NCBI GenBank assembly: GCA_951406725.2
Contig: OX597831.1
Span: 7,130,001-7,194,000 of the forward strand
From: Octopus vulgaris
Lineage: Eukaryota
Length of the DNA stretch: 64,000 nucleotides
Direction of reading: 5' to 3'
Below the pieces are notes generated by a model. It was not told the origin of the DNA and searched no databases. It saw nothing but the letters and a program-made list of their open reading frames with translations. Numbering within the stretch: the stretch's first letter is position 1; each line of letters opens with the position of its first letter. Position numbers and translations under genes: made by a program. Of this stretch, positions 1 to 12,135 are shown piece by piece.

Positions 1-203
1 AAAAAATAAAAAAATAAAAGCAAAAATTCAATGATTACATTTGGAAAATTCAGACATGACTCTCAACCATATGGTTCTGGGTTCTATCCCACTGTGCAGC
101 ACATTAAGCAAGTGTCTTTTACAATAGCCTTGGGTTGATCAAAGCTTTGTGAGTGGATTTGGTAGAAGGAAACTGAAAGAAGCCCATCATGCATATATAA
201 AAA

Positions 204-970
204 GCTGATGAAAGGAATGGAAGATAGATTTAGCATCAGTCTTTATTCAGTATGATGATTGTTTCAACTCATCCTGCAACTGTCCCTTAAGGGTAGGATA
301 TTCTTTTCTCCACTAGGCACAAGGTCCAAAATTTCTTGTGGAGGTGGGGACAGTCAATTAGATTGACCCCATTAAGCAACTGGTACTTAATTTATCGACC
401 CCGAAAGGATGAAAGGCAAAGTTGATCTCACGGAATTTGAACTCAGAATGTAAAGACAGATGAAATACCTATTTCTTTACTACCCACAAGGGGCTAAACA
501 CAGAGAGGACAAACAAGGACAGACAAACGGATTAAGTCGATTATATCAACCCCAGTGCGTAACTGGTACTTATTTAATTGACCCTGAAAAGATGATAGGC
601 AAAGTCGACCTCAGCGGAATTTGAACTCAGAACGTAGCAGCAGGCGAAATACCGTTAAGCATTTCACCCAGCATGCTAACATTTCTGCCAGTTCACCACC
701 TTAAGGGTAGGATATTGTGCATCTGTGTTGCATCAATCTGTGCAGTTTGTATCACATCAGGTTCATGCAAAAAGAAGGGGATGTCATGCTAGATATACTG
801 AGTTGTCCTTGGAATGTTGTATTTTGGTTACAACTGGCTAACAATTGCACAACGCAACGCAATTAGATGCACAATATCCTACCCATAATGGACAGTTGCA
901 GAATAGGTCAAAATGGTCGTCGTACTGAACAAAGACTCGTGCTAAATCTATCTTCTGTTTCCTTCATCAA
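204..970. mobile_element. Old fold-back element (~140-bp diverged inverted arms) interrupted by a SINE
   Basis: 204-302 plus 717-750 match the reverse complement of about 840-970 (tgatgaa..gaagatagatttagca..gtcttt.ttcagta..tgcaactgtcc..gggtaggatattgtgcatct). Confidence 0.7.
303..700 (-). mobile_element. SINE with Nin/Deu-like central domain (internally duplicated) and target-site duplication
   Basis: Family ggtggtgagctggcagaaa...gaggtcgactttgcctttcatcc...; direct repeat ccttaagggtaggatatt at 285-302 and 699-716. Confidence 0.85.
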
Positions 971-3069
971 TTATTTTCTCAACTAACACTGTGAAATCCC
1001 TGACGTAGATCCAAAGGAACTATATCACAACCATAGATGACACCAGGCAGCCCAAACTGTGGATGTGCTTTACTCAACACACTAATTGACATATACTCGT
1101 TAGTCCAAAAAATTATGTATGTATGTCTGTTTAAATTAATATGTGTGTGCGTGTTTGTATTTATCCCCCACTACTGTTTGACAGCTAGTGTTGGTTTGTT
1201 TAAGCCCTCCTAACTTAGCAGTTTGGCAAAAGAGACCGATAGAATAAGTACCAGACTTAAAGAAAAAATGAATGCTGGGGCTGATTTGTTTGACCGAACT
1301 CTTTAAGGTGGTGCCCCAGCATGGCCACAACCCAATGACTGAAACAAGTAAAAGATAACTATCCAAACTGTGGGCAATTTTAGTAACTAATTACAAGGAA
1401 TATTTGTTTGAAGGAGCTGATTGAATTTTATGAAGCATAAAAGAGCTTAAAACTTAGAGAAAGGTTAAAATTTGAATTAGGAAAACAAAAGAAAAAAAAA
1501 GAGTAGATGAAGAGAAGAAGAAGCTATTGGTAGTGTTACTGGTAACTTGTTAATACTTCTAAAAAGGAGTGTGCAGAATTCCAATACTTTACACATTTTG
1601 CTATGAATGACTGCTCAGAAATATGCAGTATTATTCTGGCAAGCTGACAAATAACTTGTACATTAGGTGGCTCTGACAATAGATCATGTATGGGATGGAC
1701 ATGGGATGTGAAAGGAGAAGCTGTATAAATGAAATAGTAAATTACCTGCAAGCTATAACCAACCAAGAGATGAAACAAGAGCAGCAGAATCCATTATTGT
1801 TACAAGTAATTCAGAAATGCTGACAGCTACTTACAAGAAAGAATTTATCACTAGGTGTGGGTGTGGGTGTGGGTGTTTTTTTCTTTTTCTACTGTCTTAC
1901 TTCTATTTTTCTAAGGGTTAAGATCACTTCTGCAAAGACAGACATTTATATATAGTGCGAACAAGTATTTGTTATAGACGGATGACTTTCTTACTGCTAA
2001 TCCACTCAACCATGGAATGAAAGTGACACTTTCAGTTTGGCTGAGACAAGGAGGGTAATGTGCCTTCTTCAGAGATCAGTGTGTTAATCTCATTGCCACT
2101 GAACTTGGTGGTGGTGGTGGTGGTGGGTGAAACGTGTAGAACAGAAAACCAAAATGACACAATAATAATAATAATAATAATAATACAAGTGAATATGCAA
2201 ATGTCAAAGAGAAACAGGTATTAAAAAACGAAACTTGATATATATTACTGGAATCATAAATGTAGGATAAAATTTCAAAACAAAATTTTAAAAGCGAGTG
2301 TTTTTATAGAAGCTGCAATAACATTTGTAGTTGAATGAATGCACAGTGGCAATTTACATGTACAAGATATTTTTTAACGACTAGCTTTCAACAATCTGCA
2401 ATGACAATGAAATCCACCCACTCACTCAATCTATAAATCACAAGATGTTTTCTTGTCTAAACAAGTACTGTTAGTGATATAGTCTGACAACAAGTCGTAG
2501 CATAATTTACAATAGAGCTAAGGGAAGTAACTCAATTAGACTAATGACAGAATGTAGTTACGTAACACTTAAGGCTATATACAAAAAAGTTCTCGACTAA
2601 AATTTCCCATAGCATAAATTTCAATTAAGACATCGTAGTAGTTGGAAGAATTAATATCTTAGCAGTATTCTAAACATTACAAACAAAAGGCAGATTGCAT
2701 TGAGTACATGATTTGGCGATACAGCTGTGGTTTCATGTTCTGTCTGGCTGAAATTGCTTTCTAAATAAGTGGTTGCAACAGTTGAAAGAAGAAAAGGAAG
2801 CTGCCAAAGTTTGGTTTCATTTCAAGACATATCACATAATGACTGTCCTTAGAAACATACTTCAGTTTCCAATACAATTTCTAATCTACATGCAGTGAAT
2901 GCACCAGTGACCTACCTCATAATAGTAGGGTCCTCTTAACCTGGAGTACGTGTAATAAGCTTCAAAACGTCTGGCAATCAAATATTTCAAAAACCAACAA
3001 AAATGTCCTTCTTTAAGACATGCATAGAGAACATTCTTCTCTCTGGAATCGAATCAAAACCTGGATTAC

Positions 3070-3074
<5 letters not shown>

Positions 3075-3101
<27 letters not shown>

Positions 3102-3290
3102 TGTGTACAGTGCTCAGGTGCACTACAACTCATCTAAAGTGTATATATAATCAGGTGTAGTTTTGATGGATTTCGGAAAGCATGAGGGCCTTAAAGGATG
3201 CAGTGTCATGGCAGTCAACAACTGACGCAGGCAGCTTATTCCATGCTTCAGCAACTCTGAGCGTGAAAAAATGTTTCCGAAAGTCATTAC
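3075..3290 (-). mobile_element. CR1-like LINE 3' end with (ATT)n tail
   Basis: Minus strand reads DFRKHFFTLRVAEAWNKLPASVVDCHDTASFKALM. Confidence 0.8.
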
Positions 3291-5301
3291 GAACCAGAAG
3301 AAGCTTGTTCAAGACTGCTCTGATGATACAGACACCAAAAGCCTTTCATGAGGGCTCAAAATATCTTGTGGCATGAGAACAAGACCAAAGAAAAGATCTA
3401 TTAACATATTCTACCCATCCCTATTGTTATTGCTTAAAGTAGGTTAGGCTTTACTGGCCACAACTATTGTGCTGAACATAAGATGTTATATTTTAGAGAG
3501 TTAGCACTCAACTAAACGGTTGTTACTGGCAGAGAGAGACCCAATATGAAAGTGAAGATGAAGCAAAACTAACAGGGGACTGAGATACTTGAAGCAGTAA
3601 TGTGAAATGTAAGAAGAATAAACGTTGAAGAGATGCAGGGATTCATTGGTGATCAGAGAAGTTTAATGACAACTGAAGCGAAAGAAGCAATACACAGAAG
3701 GAATAGGTGGAGTTATTTACATGTATGAAATAAACAATTTGTTTATGGGTTTGGAATCATTTCAAACTTGAACACATCCGACAACATAATAAATAGCGAA
3801 CAAGATAAAGTAACAGAATTACTAACTAAAACTAATCAGCATAAAAAATAAAAAAAACAGCATGAAGAGAACAAACTTATGTATAAACTTTTGATGGTCC
3901 AACTGTTGGTTATTTTTATTAGGCCTTTTTTTGTCTTCTACTTAGACTATTCTTTTTATTGGTTTCAGTCACTGGACTGTAACCATACTGGAGCATCACC
4001 TTCAAGGTTTTTCATCGACTGTATCAACTCTGATACTTATTTCAGCCTCAACTTAATTTTTATTTGAAATTCAGAGGAATACAACATAACCCCACCACAC
4101 ACACACTGAGATAGGGTTAGCTTTTGTGCAGTTTCTTTCTACCAAATTCTGCTCATAGAATATTGGTCAACTTGAAGCTAGAATGAAAATTACTTGCTCA
4201 AGGTTGTTATTCAATCCCACAAACATGGCTGCAAAGAAAATATCTTTGTGACACAGTTTTGTTTTGAGCCTGCAATTATCTAAAAGAAAACAGAGATTTC
4301 CTTTCAGAAATTTACACTTTGTCAATACATTTTAAACTTATCAATTAAAATAAACAGACATTTGAAAGTTGATAAATACCTTTTGAAATAAAAAGTATCC
4401 TCTATAGATGATTAAATCGTGCTGCAAACTAAATCAACAAGCTGTCATATTGAATGTTTCAGTAAAATATACCTCGGCTCCTATAGATTTATGTGTAAGC
4501 ACAAAGACACAATCAATCTTTGTGCAATAAAACGTGTTATTTACTTATTGATCTCTCCCATGGTATAAAGTAGACACAGCATACATAAATTATGAAACAG
4601 AGTGACAGTTACATTTCCAGATTATATAAAAGATTTCAAGTTAACAATTGTTATAAGAAGCTTTGGAAGCTCAAGGACAGGTATTGTATAAACAATTGGT
4701 TAGTTAAGATATATCAAAAGTCTTCATGGTGACAGAAAAATAAGGGACGGGGCAGGGCAAACAGCAGGACCTGTTTCAGTGTGAAACAAAATCAATATAT
4801 TTTCATAAATAGAACGCATCACCAGACCAGAAAGTGCATATACAGGCAAAACAAAAGGTCAAATAAAGATCAAGCAACTTGGCGGGGGTGGAAGAAGCTC
4901 AAAAATAAAATCCTTATTAAATCGATTCCTAAATTGTTAATTAGCTTAGAATTAATTGTATCAAAACTTGCTTTTTTTTTTGTTTTTATGCAGAATCTTA
5001 AATGTGACAAATCTAGTGATGAGGAAGACTAACGGTGGTGAAGATGGGGGTTAATAAAGGAAATAGACATGGAAGAAGGGCTAGAAAAGTATTTATAGAG
5101 AAGGAAGTCAACCTGGACAGTGGAGACGTAACTAGAGGCCCGTCAACAGAATTCAATAAAAATTAAACAGAAACATTCAATGTTTGCTGAAGAAGAATTG
5201 GTTAGAAAAGAATATAAGCTAACATATGCTTTTATCTAGCAGTAATGTTTGGAAACAAACTAATTAGCCAACTTTATTCAAATTAGAAATGTATTTCTAA
5301 T

Positions 5302-5568
5302 TTGCAGCGTGGAAGGTGTTTATAAGCCATTCAAGAAACACACAAAAACCGTTAGATTCACTTCAACATTTAAATTTAATTTGTCAAAATATTTTCGTTG
5401 CTTTGAGACCGCAACCTGTTCATTGACAAAACTTCGTGCTGCACCAGTGAACAGGTTGCGGTCTCAAAGCAACGAAAATATTTTGACAAATTAAATTTAA
5501 ATTTTGAAGTGAATCTAACGGTTTTTGTGTGTTTCTTAAATGGCTTATAAACACCTTCCACGCTGCAA
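5302..5568. repeat. Long near-perfect palindrome (124-bp arms, 19-nt spacer), probable Penelope-like terminal repeat in inverted arrangement
   Basis: 5302-5425 is the reverse complement of 5445-5568 with about 3 mismatches; the ORF track shows nearly the same peptide on both strands. Confidence 0.9.
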
Positions 5569-5782
5569 TTGTTTTTGTTCCAGCATACGATCTCAGATCA
5601 GGTCACTCGCTATGCAAGTACATCTCCGTATTGCTAATTTATTTTCTTCATAAAAAAAAAAATGCTGATAAACTGGTCAGCTATTTAAAACGATTTCTTA
5701 CAATCATTTTCTAAGTTCAGTATTTTTAATGTTTTAACTTACAATCAACTTGTTAACTGAAACTACTTGAAAACTATATATA

Positions 5783-6172
5783 GGTGTAGAAGTGGCTGTG
5801 TGGTAAGTAGCTTGCTTACCAACCACATGGTTCCGGGCTCAGTCCCACTATGTGGCACCTTCGGCAAGTGTCTTCTACTATAGCCTCGGGCCGACCAAAG
5901 CCTTGTGAGTGGGAGTGGTAGACAGAAACTGAAAGAAGTCCATCATATATATATATATATGTATGTGTGTGTATATGTTTGTCCCCCCGCAACATCGCTT
6001 GACAACCGATGCTGGTGTGTTTACATCCCCGTAACTTAGCGGTTCAGCAAAAGGGACCAATAGAATACGTACTAGGCTTACAAAGAATAAGTCCTGGGGT
6101 CAATAATTTGTTCAACTAAAGGCAGTGCTCCAGCATGGCTGCAGTCAAATGACTGAAACAAGTAAAAGAGTA
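5783..6172 (+). mobile_element. tRNA-derived SINE (gtggctgtgtggtaag family), near full length
   Basis: A/B-box-like head, internal (TA/TG)n, tail cagcatggctgcagtcaaatgactgaaacaagtaaaagag; partial copies near 55-195, 1115-1357, 47457-47680, 62995-63290. Confidence 0.85.
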
Positions 6173-6210
<38 letters not shown>

Positions 6211-6470
6211 AAAGGGAGAGAGAGGGAACACAGAAAATGTAGTCGATGTTAATGCTTTATGTAATGATCCCATGTCCCATGAGATTAGTAGACATCAATC
6301 GATGGCAGATCTTTTGTGCTCTTTATGTTTAAGACTCAACCTGATGAAATGCACAAGGGTACTTAATGCATCTGTATTTATTATTAACATGCATGTTCAT
6401 GAAATCTATTTCACAAGTCGTACTGAAACAATTGTAATTACAGAATTAAAAATGACACCAGAAATTCCAG

Positions 6471-6517
<47 letters not shown>

Positions 6518-6926
6518 CACTTATGAATTGGACTGATTGAATTCTGCATAATTACTGACAACTCTCTCGCAAACATTACCAAAGGTCTGTGATGGGAATT
6601 AACCATTCATAAGATTTTGCACTCTAATAAATTGAAAGCCAATGAAGAAAGGCAGTGAAATTTGCCCTAAAATTCTAAAGAAGGAATTAAATGTATACAA
6701 ATAACAAATGAGAACGCTTTAAACAATATTATGGTAAAGTTTTCCTAAAAAAGACAATGTTTTAAGCAAAAAAAAAAATAAATAAAAAAAACTTGCTGGA
6801 GAGCTGATAGATACAAATTCAATTATCATCATGGCTGTTTTTAATTACTGTTTAGGTTGACTAGAAAGAATCTCTCCAGGATTGTCCATGTTTTATCTAA
6901 TCATTGCCTACATCTTCCACCTATTT

Positions 6927-6939
6927 GAGAGAGAGAGAG

Positions 6940-6996
<57 letters not shown>
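6927..6996 (+). repeat. (GA)n microsatellite, representative of many simple repeats
   Basis: Directly visible; (TA)n runs also at e.g. 6473, 7839, 10970, 20505, 22420, 22937, 38766, 46028; (CA)n at 12714, 46253. Confidence 0.95.
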
Positions 6997-6998
<2 letters not shown>

Positions 6999-7828
6999 GC
7001 CCACTTTCATTCAATACAAAAAATATACCCCTTTAGCTTTGCACATCTGTAACAGTTTAAATAAATTCCCAGTCGACATTTATTAATGCTTTATTCCCTA
7101 CCCAGCCCACCCCTATTGAACTTGGCCTTTCTTCTAAACTCAATAACATCCATTCCACTATAATTCTCTTGTACTTTCACTTTCAATCTGCTAAATAAGG
7201 AACTGATAGACAACATTCCACGTCTACTGTTCTTATAACAAAAAACAAACAAAAGTCTTTATTCTCATCATATCTTCCTTTGCCATCTTAGCCCAGACAC
7301 TGCAAGTAGTTCCAGTCATAAATATGTCACCAGAATGGAACTTCTGTATCCCTTCCAGTTGACCTATACAACTAGTCCATGACCGAGTGAATTTGTTGAA
7401 TAATACAAAAAAAAAAGAAGAAAATAATACAAAATAAATACAAAAAAAACAATTTTATTTCTAATTCTGTGACCCTAGAATAATATATCACTAGAATGTA
7501 TCTGATATTTGTCTATTGTAAGAAACTATTTGATTTCTAAAGCAGACTTCTTCCAACTGGAATAGGGTAGTCTGAAGCCCAATGCATACCAGGACGAAAT
7601 CTTAAGTCACTTAAGACTTTGGCTCTTGCTCACTTTGGCTCATCTAAAAAAAAGAAACAAAAGGTCAAAAATAAAAAGTAAAATTGATCAGACAGCACAC
7701 CTTTTGATAAACAGCTTTGTATGTGGGTGTATGGATGCATGTGGGTCTTTTATATTTGCAGGAGTGACTGTGTGTGTGATTATGTCTACATACATACATA
7801 TAGATATGTACATACATTTGTATATTCA

Positions 7829-7883
<55 letters not shown>

Positions 7884-8439
7884 TATCATCATCATCATTT
7901 AACATCTGGCTTTCCATGCTGGCATGGGTTGGACAGTTCAATAGGACCTGACAAGGTGGAGGGCTGTGTCATGGTACAATGCGGCAGGATTTCTATGGTC
8001 GGATGCCCTTCCTAATGCCAGCCATATTACACACTGTACTATGTTTTATGTCACTGGCTTTATGAGGTTGCCTTACAACTTGCAAGATTAAGGGCCAAAA
8101 GTGACCCTATAACTGAAGGAGAATAGGAGAGCCGATATGATGGCAGAAGGGAAAGTATGATGAAAGGAACAGATTTATAACTGTGAAGAGGTGGTCATGG
8201 ATAGAATGACAGACTAGACACTCTTGGAGAAGAGAGTATGGAAAGGGAAGAGATTAGTGTCAGGAGTTAGTGAGAAAGAGAGTGACAAGATGGTGAGAGT
8301 GTTGAGGTGGGCTGCTTGAGTGGGGGTCGAGGGCTCTCCCACATTATAAGTGCAAGAGTGGGAAGATGTGAGAGGAAGGGAACAGAGGAGAAATAAATGA
8401 AGGGGGTGGGGGATCCAGAGAGAGTCAATGAGAGGTTTG

Positions 8440-8812
8440 TTTGTTTGTTTGTTGAGCGAACGGTCTTCGTCCCCTTGGGAGAAGTCCGAAACGTGGTCCT
8501 TTGCTATTTGTAAGACCCGCAGAAGAGAAAGCAGGTCAACCCCTGACACCGAGAGCATCGACGGATGGATGAATGAATGCGCATCCAGGCTCAGCGGTTG
8601 CGTAGGAAGTCAGGGACAAGAAACAGGAAGAAAGAGTGAGAGAAAGTTGGGGCAAAAGAGTACAACAGGGGCCGCCCCCCCCCCCCTGCTGGAGCCTCAT
8701 GGAGCTTTAGGTGTTTTCGTTCAATAAACACACACAACGCCCGGTCTGGGAATCGAAACTGCATTCCTCCGACCGCGAGTCCACTGCCCTAACCATTGGG
8801 CCATTGCACCTC
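8440..8812 (-). mobile_element. tRNA-derived SINE (gcaatggcccaatggttagggcag family)
   Basis: A box TGGCCCAATGG, B-box-like GTTTCGATTCCC; matches 11746-12130 and the head of 20205-20503. Confidence 0.85.
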
Positions 8813-9784
8813 CACCAGAGGTGTTGGGGAGGCCAGAGAAGAGAGGGAGAGAAAGAGAGAGAGAGAGAGAGAAATGGCTGACAGTGAGGGAGCATTATAA
8901 ATGATGGGTTGAGAAATATTATAGACAGAGTGATGAGAATGAACTAATAATGTCCTTCGTACACAGAACCTAGTGGTGAAGGATAGGAAAGGAGTGGAGT
9001 GTGGAGATGCAGAGCAGCCATTCATAGTTTGTGAGCTTTGTAAGTGTTAGGATGATAAAGAGATGGATGGGATACAAGTAACAGAGAGATGAACTGAATC
9101 AGGATATGAGCGAAAGAGAGCAAAAGGTGTCCAACAGGTAGATAAAACGAGAGTCAGGGGTGGGGGAAAGGAAGGATGGCATCAAATATAGGTTTGACAG
9201 GTACACACACACACATGGCAAAAAGGGATGTTGACTGATGACAATGACACATATACACATGTATGCATATACACACACACACACATCCATAGAGGTAGGA
9301 AACAAAATAATGGAAACACCAATTTTTATTAAAGTACTAGTTTCTATATAGTTTCTTGTGCTTTATGTATACCTTTCACTTCTTGATATAGCTAGACTTT
9401 TTTTTTTTTGTCAGTAATTTATATTTGAATAAGTTAAAATGGATGACTAATCTTATTCCCAAAGACAACAAATTGTTGTAAAGCATCAGTCATCATTAAA
9501 ACTTCTGAATTGCCCAATGTTTTGAGAGGTACAGTCTCCAAAGTAAAACCAGCTCTGGCAAGCATTATTCTGAATGGGAGGGAAGAGAGAGAGAGAAAGA
9601 GAGATTGCAATCCATTGAATTACAGCAGCAAAAGAGAGGAAGCAGTAGAGCTAATCCACCATCTTGCCAAGCCTATTTGTCATCAGCTCTCTACGAAGCT
9701 GGACACTGTAATGGGAGGACTGTGATTGCTAAACCCCTCCAGTTTCCCATCAACATTGAGAAACAGAAAAAATGATGTCTAGAC

Positions 9785-9927
9785 CAATGCTCCACAACCA
9801 GTATGCCATAGCACGCTGCAGTGGAACCTGAATATAATTTTTTGCCCCTATATTTTTAGTTCTGCTGTGCCACTGAATTTTGAAAAGAATATGTGTACTG
9901 CAAGTGAAAAAAGGTTTTGGAGCACTC
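9785..9927. mobile_element. hAT-type MITE with 8-bp TSD
   Basis: TSD gtctagac at 9777-9784 and 9928-9935; TIRs caatgctccacaacc / ggttttggagcactc. Confidence 0.75.
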
Positions 9928-10226
9928 GTCTAGACTATCAGAAGTGGTCAATGACTCAATGCAACAATGTCATCTTCTTTGAAAAAATCCTCATTCACCC
10001 CTTTTCCCAACCCTCAGGGTGAGTTTATGTCAAAAGACAGCCCCCAAAAGATTTCAACCCTGATTGTTTGGTGCCTACTGTAAAGCATGGAGACAACTTT
10101 GTAATGATTTGGGCAGCCATATCATGGAATCTCTGGGGCCTTTAGTAGTTCTGCAGAGAAGAGTTAATGCCAAGGATTATCTGATTGACCTTTCAGGACA
10201 ATAATCTACAGATTCACACAGCAAAT

Positions 10227-10572
10227 CATCATCATCATCATCGTTTAACGCTCGTTTTCCGTGCTAGCATGGGTTGGATGGTTCGACCGGGGTCTGGGAA
10301 GCCAGGAGGCTGCACCAGGCTCCAGTCTGATCTGGCAGTGTTTCTACAGCTGGATGCCCTTCCTAACGCCAACCACTCCGTGAGTACAGTGGGTGCTTTT
10401 TACATGCCACTGGCACAGGTGCCAGGGGAGGCTGGCAACGGCCACGATCAGTTGGTGCTTTTTACCTGCCACCAGCATGGAAGCCAGTCAAGGTGGTGCT
10501 AGCATAGACCACGTATGGATGGTGCTTTTTATGTACCACTGGCACAGGTACTAGGGGAGGCTGGCAACAGCC
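10227..10572 (-). mobile_element. Abundant non-autonomous retroelement with (GAT)n tail and internal ggtgctttttacgtgccaccggcac repeats
   Basis: Splits the Tc1 remnant; core cagctggatgcccttcctaacgccaaccactcc recurs about 10 times in the window. Confidence 0.85.
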
Positions 10573-10966
10573 AAATGTTATTCAAAATTGGTACAAAGAC
10601 CAAAAGAAAAGCAGCCCATTTGGATTGGTCCTCAACAATCACCAGAGTATTTCAAAGCAGCAAGTGAGAACGTGCTTCCCTCTGCCATCGTTGCCGAAAG
10701 AACCAAAACAGACTTTACTTGAAGAATGGCTCAAAATTCCTCAAACAACTGTTCAGAACTTGTACAAGTCAATTCCTTCAAGTATTAAAGCTGTGATTGA
10801 TGTCAAAGGTGAATCAACACCTGTATTAAATAATAAAACTTCCATTAAAGTATTTCCATTGTTTTGTCCATCTCTTTATGTGTGTGCATGTGTGTGTGGT
10901 ATCGCTCACATGGGTAAACATAGCACTGCTCAGTTCACACTTGTTTGAAGTTTGTTATTGTATGTA

Positions 10967-11010
<44 letters not shown>

Positions 11011-11745
11011 TAAAAATTTATAACAAGAGCAAGTGAGTAAGTACACAGGCTTAACCTATGAATACATAGTATCCGTGAGTAGATAGGTAACTATGAAATA
11101 GAATCCATGGCAGCGTTTCATGTAAGTACCCAAGTGGATATTAGCACTCATCAATAGCTGTGAAGTAGAGGTAGAAATAAAAAGAGCAAAGTGGTGACCA
11201 AATGCCAAGCCACTATTTCCAGTTCTATTCCTGTCTCTACTTCAGAGCCATTGATGAAGGCTTGTATCCACTCGGAGACTTGCATCAAAGAATAGTGTTG
11301 ATTCTATTATATTACCAGTAGCTGTGAGTGTACATACATACACTCATCCACCTACACACACACACAGGTGGGTGTATTCAGTTCACTATATTTACAAATA
11401 GGTTTTCTTTAATAAAACAGTTGTAAACATCTACATCTATATATCATAGTGAAAAGAAAAATGTTTTAATCTAGGATTGCTTTTCTATATACTAATAATA
11501 TAGTTGAAATAATGTGTGTGTGTGTGTGTACATACATAAATACATATATACATATGTACATACGTGTACACACACACATTTTAGATATTTGCATTTGAAA
11601 AAATATTTTGCTAATGCAAAGAGGACTTTAAACTATAATTAACAATTTCAATTATTTTTCCGGAACAATGCTTTTTCTCTGGTCAACTGTTAAGGAGCAA
11701 CGGTTATGTTGAATAGCTCAAGCAACAAAGCAGCAACAACAGCGA

Positions 11746-12135
11746 AGGCGCAATGGCCCAATGGTTAGGGCAGCGGACTCACAGTCGGAGGATCGTGGTT
11801 TCAACTCCCAGACCAGGCATTGTGTGTGTTTATTGAGTGAAAATACCTAAAGCTCCACGAGGCTCTGACAGGGGGAGGTGGCGACCCCTGTTGCACTCTT
11901 TTGCCCCAACTTTCTCTCACTCTTTCTTCCTGTTTCTTGTCCCCGACTTCCTACGCAACCACTGAGCCTGGATGAGCATTCATCCATCCGTCGATGCTCT
12001 CGGTGTTGGGGGTTGACCTGCTTTCTCTTCTGCGGGTCTTACGAATAGCAAAGGACCACGTTTCAGACTTCTCCCACTACAGAGGCGTGATCTTGTGAGC
12101 TCTGGGACGAAGACTGCTTCGCTCAACAGCAACAA
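11746..12135 (+). mobile_element. tRNA-derived SINE (gcaatggcccaatggttagggcag family)
   Basis: Head ggcgcaatggcccaatggttagggcagcggactc; (caa)n-type tail; inverted relative to 8440-8812. Confidence 0.85.

Larger units (their letters stand above)
9289..10878 (+). mobile_element. Decayed Tc1-family transposon with nested insertions
   Basis: Transposase remnants CLVPTVKHGDNFVMIWAAISW, FQDNNLQIHTA, LLEEWLKIPQTTVQNLYKSIPSSIKAVIDVKG; diverged TIRs acaaaataatggaaacac / gtatttccattgttttgt. Confidence 0.8.

Noticed and set aside
10185-10502. Recurrent LQLDALPNANHS ORFs as a multigene family
   Set aside because: Translations of the abundant (GAT)n-tailed repeat, with variable frames and stops
10390-10560. 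Spaced ggtgctttttac.tgccac repeats resembling a CRISPR array
   Set aside because: Eukaryotic context, the spacers are themselves related, no cas genes; these are internal repeats of a retroelement
11746-11820. tRNA gene calls for A/B-box sequences (also 5783, 8812, 20205, 35267)
   Set aside because: No complete acceptor stem, and each continues into a repeat body; these are SINE heads
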